From: Candidatus Saccharimonadota bacterium
Lineage (GTDB): Archaea > Nanobdellota > Nanobdellia > Pacearchaeales > GW2011-AR1
NCBI GenBank assembly: GCA_049511795.1
Contig: JBEKXS010000001.1
Location: forward strand, 300,001-332,000
Direction: 5' to 3'
Length of the DNA: 32,000 bases
Positions 1-7,315 of the stretch are shown one piece after another (position 1 is the stretch's first letter; the number at the start of each line of letters is the position of its first letter). The translations under genes and the position numbers were made by a program. The notes under the pieces are model-generated. The model was given only the letters and a program-made list of their open reading frames with translations. It ran no database searches and had not been told where the DNA came from.

Positions 1-246
1 CTTTTTGAATCTGCATTTTTAGGAATGCTTGCAGGAGTTTTAGGAGTGATGCTTGGATTTGTAATGACGACAATTGCAGGAAGTATACTTGCAAATTTAG
101 GCCTGTCATTTTTAACCCCATATTACTCAATATGGCTTTTTGTCGGATGCATACTTTTCGCAACATTTACAGGAGCTATTTCTGGAGTTATTCCGGCAAT
201 AAAGGCGTCCAGAATTAATACTGTTGACGCATTAAGATATGAATAA
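1..246 (+). CDS. ABC transporter permease, FtsX/MacB-like, C-terminal fragment (5' end outside the window)
   Basis: Frame 1 is open from base 1. The product is hydrophobic and ends in ...GVIPAIKASRINTVDALRYE, the typical C-terminal signature of FtsX-family permeases. Confidence 0.6.
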   Translation, partial: LFESAFLGMLAGVLGVMLGFVMTTIAGSILANLGLSFLTPYYSIWLFVGCILFATFTGAISGVIPAIKASRINTVDALRYE

Positions 247-296
247 ATAGATCAGAATTACTAAAGATTTAAAAATAAAACTCGATTAAACATTTT

Positions 297-1187
297 ATGA
301 AAAAGGATTTTATTCTCGCAATTTTTGCTTTTTTTATTATATTAGGAGGCTTTAGTTTAACCCATGCAGACACTAGCAGTTGTAATTTACAGGTTTCTCT
401 TGTAAACCAAGATCCTTATCCTGCTGTTCAGGGAGATACTGTCAAATTATTATTCCAGGTAAGTGGCGTTCAAAGTTCTAATTGTAATGGGGCTATGTTT
501 GAGCTAAATCCAGGGTATGCATTTTCCTTAACAGAGAATAATAGCGTGCAAACATTATCTGGTAGCACATTTACCCAGAATTCTAATAATAATTGGGTTA
601 TTCCTTACACCTTAAATGTAAATCCAAATGCACCTGATGGTGACTCACAAGTACAAGTTTTTTATTCAGCAGGAAATGCTTTAAACTTCCCTGCATCTGC
701 TCTTTCTCAGACATTCAATGTAACAGTGCAGAATTCAAGAACAAGTTTCGAGATTTTTGTAAGCAACTATGATACTAAAACAAAAACAATAACCTTCCAA
801 ATTTTAAATACGGGAAAAGTTGATGTAAAAGCGGTAGCAATACAAATTCCTGAGCAGAAAACACTGCAGGTTAAAGGAGCAAATACAAATATTGTGGGAG
901 ATATAGATTCAAATTCATATACTACTGCTGATTTTTTAGGAACACCATCTAATGGAAATATAACTCTTCAGGTGTCTTACAGTGATTTGTCTGGTATAAG
1001 AAGAACAATTGAGCAGAATGTCACATATGATTCTGTTTATTTTACAAATGTGCCTTCACAAAGTGGTAGTTCAGGAACAACAATAATTATTGTACTAATT
1101 ATCATTGCAGTCATAGGTTACTTTTTTTACAGAAACAGGAAAAAGAAGAAAAGATTGCTCGCTGAAAGAAGAAATAGAATAAAATAA
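297..1187 (+). CDS. Secreted cell-surface protein with an N-terminal signal/TM segment and a C-terminal TM anchor plus basic tail (COG1361 / S-layer-domain-like)
   Basis: 296 aa. N-terminal hydrophobic segment, then S/T/N-rich beta-type sequence (VNQDPYPAVQGDTVKLLFQV resembles CARDB/COG1361 repeats). The C-terminus reads IIIVLIIIAVIGYFFY followed by RNRKKKKR. It sits next to an FtsX permease gene, a common archaeal pairing. Confidence 0.55.
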   Translation: MKKDFILAIFAFFIILGGFSLTHADTSSCNLQVSLVNQDPYPAVQGDTVKLLFQVSGVQSSNCNGAMFELNPGYAFSLTENNSVQTLSGSTFTQNSNNNWVIPYTLNVNPNAPDGDSQVQVFYSAGNALNFPASALSQTFNVTVQNSRTSFEIFVSNYDTKTKTITFQILNTGKVDVKAVAIQIPEQKTLQVKGANTNIVGDIDSNSYTTADFLGTPSNGNITLQVSYSDLSGIRRTIEQNVTYDSVYFTNVPSQSGSSGTTIIIVLIIIAVIGYFFYRNRKKKKRLLAERRNRIK

Positions 1188-1278
1188 GATTTATTTTTCT
1201 ATAAAAAATATAAAACTCAACCACAAGAAAATTTAAAAACTAGTTTTTTCTTTAGTGATAAGCTAATAAAAAAGAGAA

Positions 1279-1494
1279 ATGACAAAAAAATGTATTTATT
1301 GTAAGGCGGAAATACCTGATGAGAGTGTCATTGACTTCTGTGAAAAGTGTGGTGTTGGAGTTTGGGGAAGAAAGATGTTCAATACAATATTAAAAAATAT
1401 GGAAGAGGCAAGGGATAAGGAAGATTTGGTTTCTACAAATACCATAGGCATTGCTAAACTTGAAAAACCGAACCCAAAGGATTTTAGGCGATAA
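1279..1494 (+). CDS. Small zinc-ribbon protein
   Basis: 71 aa with CxxC...CxxC (CIYCKAEIPDESVIDFCEKCG). No closer family recognised. Confidence 0.55.
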   Translation: MTKKCIYCKAEIPDESVIDFCEKCGVGVWGRKMFNTILKNMEEARDKEDLVSTNTIGIAKLEKPNPKDFRR

Positions 1495-1520
1495 TTCTTA
1501 AATTTATGATAGATAAGGTT

Positions 1521-1528
1521 TTTAAATA
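1521..1528 (+). promoter_or_regulatory. Putative TATA box for the L21e operon (leaderless or near-leaderless transcript)
   Basis: TTTAAATA is centred about 24 nt upstream of the L21e ATG at 1548. No Shine-Dalgarno sequence lies between them. Confidence 0.35.
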
Positions 1529-1547
1529 GAATATTTGTGAATGATTT

Positions 1548-1820
1548 ATGGTTAGAAGAAAACCGATAAGAGCAAGAGGAAAAATACAGTTAAGCAAGTA
1601 TTTCCAGCAGTTTAAGGAAGGCGACAACGTGACAATAATAAAAGAGCCTTCCGTTAGCTCAAGCTTTCCTGAAAGAATCCAGGGGAGAACAGGAACTGTT
1701 GAAGAAAGACGAGGAAGAGCTTATATAATAGAACTCATGGACCATAACATGAAAAAAAAGTTTATAATAGAACCAATACACTTAAAGAAGATAATTAAAG
1801 AAAAAAAATCAGCAAAATGA
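1548..1820 (+). CDS. rpl21e: 50S ribosomal protein L21e (eL21)
   Basis: 90 aa. MVRRKPIRARGKIQLSKYFQQFKEGDNV... matches the eL21 N-terminus and SH3-like core. The stop overlaps the next start (ATGA). Confidence 0.9.
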   Translation: MVRRKPIRARGKIQLSKYFQQFKEGDNVTIIKEPSVSSSFPERIQGRTGTVEERRGRAYIIELMDHNMKKKFIIEPIHLKKIIKEKKSAK

Positions 1821-2140
1821 TAAAATACAGAGAACCATTAAGCATGACAGAATCTTTAGAATACATAGAAGATGTCAAAGGCAAAGAAAGCGAAAAAGAA
1901 TCAGAAGTTGACATAAAGAAATTCATAAAAAAGTTTGTCAAATTAAAGCCTGAAGAAGCGAAAAAGCTGAGAGAAAAGTTGACTGGATTAGGTCTGCTTA
2001 AATTAAAGCAGGAATACATTTCAAAAATAATTGATCTTATGCCTGAAGATGCTGAGAACTTGAATAAAATTTTCACAGATGTTGGCCTTGATGAAGATGA
2101 ATCAAAAAAAGTACTTGAAACAATTGAGGAATTCAGATAA
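1817..2140 (+). CDS. rpoF: DNA-directed RNA polymerase subunit Rpo4 (RpoF)
   Basis: 107 aa acidic helical protein with Rpb4/RpoF-like KFVKLKPEEAKKLREKL...IIDLMPEDAENL. The conserved archaeal order L21e-RpoF-DUF655 supports the call. Confidence 0.75.
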   Translation: MIKYREPLSMTESLEYIEDVKGKESEKESEVDIKKFIKKFVKLKPEEAKKLREKLTGLGLLKLKQEYISKIIDLMPEDAENLNKIFTDVGLDEDESKKVLETIEEFR

Positions 2141-2145
2141 AAACA

Positions 2146-2682
2146 ATGGAAAAAGAAGAATATGCAATAGTCTTAGAGTACCTTCCGAACGGGTACCCTT
2201 TAGAGAAGAAAATGATGCCTATAGCACAGGCTATAGGAGAAGTCAATATGACTCTTTTGGAATTAGTTCCTAGACGAGGAGTTACCATTGAAGTTGGAGA
2301 AAGAGTTTACATCGGCGAAGGGAAAAGGGACAAGATTTATTACATCCTTGGAAGACTTAACAGGGAAAAGCTTACAGAATCTGCAAAAAATCAGCTTGAA
2401 GAGTTCATAGGAAAGATAGTCAAGGAAAAAGAAAAAAGATTCATTGATTTTTTCAACAAATCAGATGCAATAAACAAAAGAATCCATCAGATAGAATTGA
2501 TTCCTGGATTCGGAAAAAAGCATACTCAGGAAATACTCAACAAAAGAAAGGAAAAACCTTTCGAAAGTTTTGAGGATATGAAAAAAAGGATTCAGAACCT
2601 TCCTGACCCTGAAAAAGCAATAGAAAAAAGAATATTGGAAGAACTTACTGGAGATGAAAGATATAAATTGTTCGTAAATTAA
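2146..2682 (+). CDS. DUF655 (COG1491) predicted nucleic-acid-binding protein with an HhH motif
   Basis: 178 aa. MEKEEYAIVLEYLPNGYP... is the characteristic DUF655 N-terminus. A helix-hairpin-helix (IELIPGFGKKHTQEIL) is present. The position after rpoF is conserved. Confidence 0.8.
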   Translation: MEKEEYAIVLEYLPNGYPLEKKMMPIAQAIGEVNMTLLELVPRRGVTIEVGERVYIGEGKRDKIYYILGRLNREKLTESAKNQLEEFIGKIVKEKEKRFIDFFNKSDAINKRIHQIELIPGFGKKHTQEILNKRKEKPFESFEDMKKRIQNLPDPEKAIEKRILEELTGDERYKLFVN

Positions 2683-2695
2683 AATAAAAAACAAA

Positions 2696-3244
2696 ATGGA
2701 AGCAAAAACAGAAATCAATGAAGAAAAGAAACAGGCACAGAAGCCAGTGTATAAAAACCCAAATGAAAAAAAATATGAAGGAAGGCTTGTAAGAATTGTT
2801 TCTGAAGACATAGAAGGGGAAATGACTGTTTATGCTGGGCTTACTAAAATAAAGGGAGTTTCATGGGGAATCTCCAATGCAATATGCAAGACTCTTGGAA
2901 TTGAGAAAAGAAAAAAGATAGGATCTCTTACTCCTGAAGAAATAAAAAAAATATCTGAATTTATAAAAAATCCAAAAATACCTATTTATTTGTTAAACAG
3001 AAGAAAAGATTTTGAAACAGGCATTGACAAACATGTTTCAGGAACAGATCTTGAATTGCAAAAAGAATTTGACATCAAAAGACTGAAAAAAATAAAGAGC
3101 TACAGAGGAATAAGACACGGAGCAGGACTTCCTGTCCGTGGACAGAGAACAAAAGCACACTTCAGAAAGAATAAATCAAAGGGAGCAGGAATTAAAAAGA
3201 AAGGAGAGAAAAAGGAGAGGGTTGCAAAACCTTATGAAAAATGA
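2696..3244 (+). CDS. rps13: 30S ribosomal protein S13 (uS13), with N- and C-terminal basic extensions
   Basis: LVRIVSEDIEGEMTVYAGLTKIKGV...SYRGIRHGAGLPVRGQRTKA is the uS13 signature. The stop overlaps the S4 start (ATGA). Confidence 0.9.
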   Translation: MEAKTEINEEKKQAQKPVYKNPNEKKYEGRLVRIVSEDIEGEMTVYAGLTKIKGVSWGISNAICKTLGIEKRKKIGSLTPEEIKKISEFIKNPKIPIYLLNRRKDFETGIDKHVSGTDLELQKEFDIKRLKKIKSYRGIRHGAGLPVRGQRTKAHFRKNKSKGAGIKKKGEKKERVAKPYEK

Positions 3245-3729
3245 AACGAAAGCATAAAACATATTCAAGACCAAAAAGACCTTTTGACAAGGTAAGAATC
3301 GAGGAAGAGGCACAGATAAAAGAAGATTATGGTCTGAAAAATAAGATAGAAATATGGAAAGCTGATTCCCAAATAAAATCTATCAGAGAAAAAGCAAAGA
3401 GTCTTATTCCAGCTGGTCCTGAAAAACAAAAAGTTCTTTTTGAAAGGCTGAAAAAAATGGGGCTTAAGTCAGATACATTGACAGATGTTCTCTCACTTGA
3501 CAAAACAGATTATCTGAATAGAAGGCTTCAGACAGTTGTCTTCAAGAAAAGGCTTGCAAAAAGTCCTAAGCATGCAAGACAGTTAATTGTACACAAAAAA
3601 ATTCTTGTAGATGGAAGAGCTATAAACAGTCCGTCTTATGTTGTTCCTGTTGAACTTGAAGAAAAAATAACTATTAAAAAAATAAACAAGCCTAAAATAG
3701 CTGCAGTTACAGGTGAACAAAATGAGTGA
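3241..3729 (+). CDS. rps4: 30S ribosomal protein S4 (uS4)
   Basis: 162 aa. The KTYSRPKRPFDK N-terminus and an S4 RNA-binding domain (RRLQTVVFKKRLAKSPKHARQLIVHKKILVDGRAINSPSYVV). Confidence 0.9.
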   Translation: MKRKHKTYSRPKRPFDKVRIEEEAQIKEDYGLKNKIEIWKADSQIKSIREKAKSLIPAGPEKQKVLFERLKKMGLKSDTLTDVLSLDKTDYLNRRLQTVVFKKRLAKSPKHARQLIVHKKILVDGRAINSPSYVVPVELEEKITIKKINKPKIAAVTGEQNE

Positions 3730-4213
3730 GTTAGAACAACCAGTTGAAACAGAGAAAGAAGAAGTAAAGGTACCTGTAGAAATTTCAGAAACTACTAATG
3801 AGGAGAAAGAATCATCTGAAGAAAAAAGAAAAGAGAAAGGAAAAGCAGAAGCAGTGGTGAATATTTACACATCATTCAATAATACCCTTGTTCATGTTAC
3901 AGATATGTCCGGAAAAACACTTGCAAAGGTAACTGGTGGAATGGTAACAAAGCATGGAAGACTGAAGGCAAACCCCACAATTGCAATGTTTATAGCAAAA
4001 AGAGTCGGAGAGCAATTAAAAGAGATTGGAGTCGGAAATCTTTATTTCAGGATAAGGGCCAAGACGAGAAATCCTGCACCTGGACCTGGAGCAAATGCAA
4101 TAATCAAAAGCCTTTCAAGAGAAGGCTTTAAGATATTAAACATACTTGACACTACAAGATTCCCACGTGGAGGTCCAAAGAAAAAGGGCGGAAGAAGAGG
4201 AAGAAGGCCATAA
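3722..4213 (+). CDS. rps11: 30S ribosomal protein S11 (uS11) with an acidic N-terminal extension
   Basis: The core VNIYTSFNNTLVHVTDMSGKTLAKVTGGM...GPGANAIIKSLSREGFKI...DTTRFPRGGPKKKGGRRGRR matches uS11. The ATG at 3722 overlaps the S4 stop (ATGAGTGA). The ORF track's GTG at 3713 is an alternative start. Confidence 0.9.
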   Translation: MSELEQPVETEKEEVKVPVEISETTNEEKESSEEKRKEKGKAEAVVNIYTSFNNTLVHVTDMSGKTLAKVTGGMVTKHGRLKANPTIAMFIAKRVGEQLKEIGVGNLYFRIRAKTRNPAPGPGANAIIKSLSREGFKILNILDTTRFPRGGPKKKGGRRGRRP

Positions 4214-4247
4214 AAAGATTTAAAGGCAGCCAAAAATTCAAAATAAA

Positions 4248-4964
4248 ATGAAATTAATAGAAAAAACAAAAGACCAGATTATTTTCAGTGCTGAAATTGA
4301 CGAAAGTATTGCAAATGCAATAAGAAGATATGTAAAACAAATTCCTGTTATTGCAATTGATGAACTTGAAATTTCAAAAAATGATTCCCCTCTTTATGAT
4401 GAAACAGTTGCACACAGAGTCGGTCTTATTCCATTAAAGATGGACAAGTCAGCAGAAAAAGGCAAGCTTAAGCTTAGTGTAAAAAAAGAAGGCACTGTTT
4501 ATTCTGGAGAGATAAAGGGACATCCAGAAGTCGTTTACAAAGCAATTCCAATAACAACCCTTGACAAAGGCCAAGAACTTGAATTCACAGCAACTGTAAA
4601 ATTAGGGAAGGGCGCAGAGCATTCTAAATTCTCACCAGGTTTGATGTTTTACAGAAATGAAACAGAAATAACCTTAGACAAAGATTTTCTTGAAGAAGTA
4701 AAAAAATTTGTTCCTGATGCAGAAATAAAGGAAAAAGGAAACAAAATAACAGTCATAGACAACAAGAAAAAAGAAATGACAGATGTAATTGAAGGTCTTG
4801 CAATAAAGAGAAAAAAGCAAGCAGAAGTTGCAAATGGAAAAGATTTGGTAGTGACTGTAGAATCTTTCGGTCAATTAGAGCCAAAAGATATCTTCAACGA
4901 GTCAATTGACATGCTTAGAAAAGATCTTGCTAGTGTTGAAAAAGCTGTTGAGAAAGAAGCTTAG
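4248..4964 (+). CDS. rpoD: DNA-directed RNA polymerase subunit Rpo3 (RpoD)
   Basis: 238 aa. IANAIRRYVKQIPVIAIDELEISKNDSPLYDETVAHRVGLIPLK is the alpha/Rpb3/RpoD dimerisation-domain signature. The position after S11 is canonical. The product has no cysteines, so no Fe-S domain. Confidence 0.85.
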   Translation: MKLIEKTKDQIIFSAEIDESIANAIRRYVKQIPVIAIDELEISKNDSPLYDETVAHRVGLIPLKMDKSAEKGKLKLSVKKEGTVYSGEIKGHPEVVYKAIPITTLDKGQELEFTATVKLGKGAEHSKFSPGLMFYRNETEITLDKDFLEEVKKFVPDAEIKEKGNKITVIDNKKKEMTDVIEGLAIKRKKQAEVANGKDLVVTVESFGQLEPKDIFNESIDMLRKDLASVEKAVEKEA

Positions 4965-5008
4965 GGATATATTTTAAAACAAGAATTCTTAGTAAAATTA
5001 TCAAATTT

Positions 5009-5092
5009 GCGGGAATGCCGGAGCGGTCAAACGGGCAACGCTAAGGACGTTGTGGCTTAGTGCCTGCGAAGGTTCGAATCCTTCTTCCCGCA
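5009..5092 (+). tRNA. Class II tRNA-Leu; the anticodon loop reads CUAAGGA, giving a nominal anticodon AAG
   Basis: Manual cloverleaf: acceptor GCGGGAA/TTCCCGC; D arm CCG-GAGCGGTCAAA-CGG; anticodon stem CAACG/CGTTG; long variable arm TGGCTTAGTGCCTGC; T arm GAAGG-TTCGAAT-CCTTC; discriminator A. No CCA is encoded. Confidence 0.85.
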
Positions 5093-5179
5093 TAAACTTT
5101 ATAAATGACATAAAACTCACATTTTTACCTGCGAGTTGCTCGCGTTAGCAGGAATTAATACTTCTTGCTTGATTCAAAA

Positions 5180-5563
5180 ATGAAATCAAAAACAAAAATA
5201 GAAAAGCAGTCGGAAAAGAAGGCAAATCCTTTGCTAGTTGAAACAATAAGACTTGCAAAGAAAACAAACTCTAATTTCTGGCTTAAAGTTGCAGGAATTC
5301 TTTCAGGACCAAGAAGAAATCATGTTGCAGTAAATCTTGATGAAATAGAAAAAAATACAAAAGAAGGGGATTCAATAGTTATTCCAGGAAAAGTTCTTTC
5401 ACAGGGTGAAATCAGCAAGAAAATAGCAATAATTGCATTTAATTTTTCAGAGAAGACAAGAGAAAAGCTATTAAAAACAAAATCACAAGCTGTAAACATG
5501 GCTGAAGAGATAAGAAAAAATCCAGAAGCCAAAGGACTTAAATTTATAGGAGAGAAAAAATGA
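5180..5563 (+). CDS. rpl18e: 50S ribosomal protein L18e (eL18)
   Basis: NPLLVETIRLAKK...WLKVAGILSGPRRNHVAVNLDEIEK...VIPGKVLSQGEISKK matches L18e. The ATG at 5180 is preferred over the track's TTG at 5165. The stop overlaps the L13 start (ATGA). Confidence 0.85.
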   Translation: MKSKTKIEKQSEKKANPLLVETIRLAKKTNSNFWLKVAGILSGPRRNHVAVNLDEIEKNTKEGDSIVIPGKVLSQGEISKKIAIIAFNFSEKTREKLLKTKSQAVNMAEEIRKNPEAKGLKFIGEKK

Positions 5564-5955
5564 AAGTAATTGATGGAACAAATGCTGTAATGGGGAGACT
5601 TGCAAGCTATGCTGCAAAACAAGCTCTTCTTGGAGAAGAAGTCATAGTCTTGAATTGTGAAAAAGTAATAATAACAGGCAACAGAAAAAATATAATTGAT
5701 GAATTCAACGAAGAAAGAAAGAAAATAGGAAGTGGGCAAAAAGGACCAAAACATTCTAGGATTCCTTACATGATAGTAAAAAGAGCAATAAGAGGTATGC
5801 TTTCTCACAGGCAGGGAAGGGGAAAAGCTGCATTTCAGAGAATAAAATGCTATGAAGGGGTTCCTGAAAAATATAAGGATGCAAAGAAAATAGTAAGTAG
5901 CAAAGAAAAGAAAGGTAAATTCATAGAAGTAGAAGAATTGAGGAAAGGAAATTAA
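5560..5955 (+). CDS. rpl13: 50S ribosomal protein L13 (uL13)
   Basis: MKVIDGTNAVMGRLASYAAKQALLGEEVIVLNCEKVIITGN... and RAIRGMLSHRQGRGKAAFQRIKCYEGVP match archaeal uL13. Confidence 0.9.
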   Translation: MKVIDGTNAVMGRLASYAAKQALLGEEVIVLNCEKVIITGNRKNIIDEFNEERKKIGSGQKGPKHSRIPYMIVKRAIRGMLSHRQGRGKAAFQRIKCYEGVPEKYKDAKKIVSSKEKKGKFIEVEELRKGN

Positions 5956-5956
5956 A

Positions 5957-6361
5957 ATGAATACAAGGATAATCACATCTGGAAAAAGAAAAACATCTGT
6001 TGCAAGAGCTGTAACAATGGAAGGAAATGGGAAAATAACAATAAACGGAAAACCTTATGAAATTCTGCAGATTTTTGACAGACTAAAAATTGAAGAACCA
6101 ATTAGAATAGCAAAAAACATTGTAGGAAAAATAAGCTTTGATATAAAAGTTAATGCCAGAGGCGGTGGAGAAAAAGGGCAGATAGAAGCTTCAAGGATTG
6201 CAATATCAAGAGCTTTGGTTGCCGCTACAGGAAGCAAAGAGTTGGAAAAAGCATTTCTAGATTATGATAGAACACTCCTTGTTGCAGATGTAAGAAGGAA
6301 GGAAGCTTACAAACCAGGAGACAGTAAAGCAAGAAGAAAGAGACAGACTTCTTACAGATAA
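5957..6361 (+). CDS. rps9: 30S ribosomal protein S9 (uS9)
   Basis: GKRKTSVARAV...GGGEKGQIEASRIAISRALV...DVRRKEAYKPGDSKARRKRQTSYR is the uS9 signature, including the C-terminal ...SYR. Confidence 0.9.
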   Translation: MNTRIITSGKRKTSVARAVTMEGNGKITINGKPYEILQIFDRLKIEEPIRIAKNIVGKISFDIKVNARGGGEKGQIEASRIAISRALVAATGSKELEKAFLDYDRTLLVADVRRKEAYKPGDSKARRKRQTSYR

Positions 6362-6366
6362 ATAAT

Positions 6367-6717
6367 TTATTTCAGAATTTCTTTATATTTAGGATCATCC
6401 CCAGAAATTATTCTGGTATGTATATTTCTAGATTCAACATCTGGTCTGTATTTTCCATACCACCATACAGCTGTCTCAAGCTGTTTTTTTGCTCTTTCTA
6501 AAAGTTCGCCATTTCCATTACATTTATACTCTATTATATAAACTTCTTTTTCCCCATTCCTTGTCTCAAAAACAACATCTGGTTGAGTTATAATTCTTCC
6601 TCTGTCTAAAAGAGTTGGTTCAATTAATACTGAAATTGTGTTTTCAATTCCAAGTTTTCCTGCACTTGATGCGATTTTCTCAAGAGCCCTTTTATGACTG
6701 TTATTATCTCTTTTCAT
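6367..6717 (-). CDS. Small PD-(D/E)xK nuclease-fold protein (Hjc / restriction-endonuclease-like); function unknown
   Basis: 116 aa. An upstream acidic residue (ALEKI), then QPDVVFETRNGEKEVYIIEYKC, a PD...ExK arrangement on predicted beta strands, then a following helix with Q (AKKQLE). Confidence 0.5.
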   Translation of the reverse strand: MKRDNNSHKRALEKIASSAGKLGIENTISVLIEPTLLDRGRIITQPDVVFETRNGEKEVYIIEYKCNGNGELLERAKKQLETAVWWYGKYRPDVESRNIHTRIISGDDPKYKEILK

Positions 6718-6823
6718 GTCATCTCTTTTTAACCAAAATCAATAAAAAGAAAAATTTAGAGTATAAAAATAAAATTGCTGCGAAAATTAGCACAATAATC
6801 TTAATAAACTATTTTTTCCTGTG

Positions 6824-7243
6824 CTATTTTATTCCCAATTTTTCAAGCTTATTCTGAACATGGTTAAATAGTGTTGTTGATATTATTGCCTTGTGATTTC
6901 CGTCAAAAGTCTGGTTATTGAACTTAATTTTCCCTATATAAGTGAAATTCTTAAGTATCTTTTTAAGTCCATTAACGGAAAGTTTATGCTTTTGGGCAAC
7001 TTTTCTTAGACTAATATTATTTTCTAGAAATTCCTCAAAAATCTCCTGAATCTCAATGTAATTTTCAGCAGGAATTAGTTTTTTGTCTTCAATTTTGTAG
7101 CCAAATGGGGCTCTGGACATCAAATTTCCTTTTGTTGCGCTTTTAATCATGGACTTCTTTTGGTTTTCTTTTATTATTTTAGATTTTTCAAGCTCTTTTC
7201 TTAATTCCTCATTTTCTATTCTAAGCTTTTCAAGTTCATCCAT
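6824..7243 (-). CDS. Serine-recombinase 'Recombinase' (DNA-binding) domain protein that lacks the resolvase catalytic domain; N-terminal coiled coil
   Basis: 139 aa. SRAPFGYKIEDKKLIPAENYIEIQEIFEEFL...ISLRKVAQKH...TYIGKIKFNN...GNHKAIISTTLFNHVQNKL follows the pattern of the Recombinase domain of large serine recombinases. The N-terminus is only a short heptad-rich segment (MDELEKLRIENEELRKELEK). Confidence 0.6.
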   Translation of the reverse strand: MDELEKLRIENEELRKELEKSKIIKENQKKSMIKSATKGNLMSRAPFGYKIEDKKLIPAENYIEIQEIFEEFLENNISLRKVAQKHKLSVNGLKKILKNFTYIGKIKFNNQTFDGNHKAIISTTLFNHVQNKLEKLGIK

Positions 7244-7315
7244 TCATTTCTAAGCCCAGATAAGTTTATAAAAACTACAGATTTTATCCATATAACAGGT
7301 TATTCGGAGGCTAAA

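Noticed and set aside
2079-2273. 64-aa plus-strand ORF bridging the rpoF end and the DUF655 start
   Set aside because: It is out of frame with, and overlaps, two well-supported genes. No independent signal was seen.
5320-5976. 218-aa minus-strand ORF spanning the L18e and L13 genes
   Set aside because: It is antisense to two unmistakable ribosomal protein genes. The product is F/S/I/Y-rich and of low complexity, typical of shadow ORFs in AT-rich genomes.
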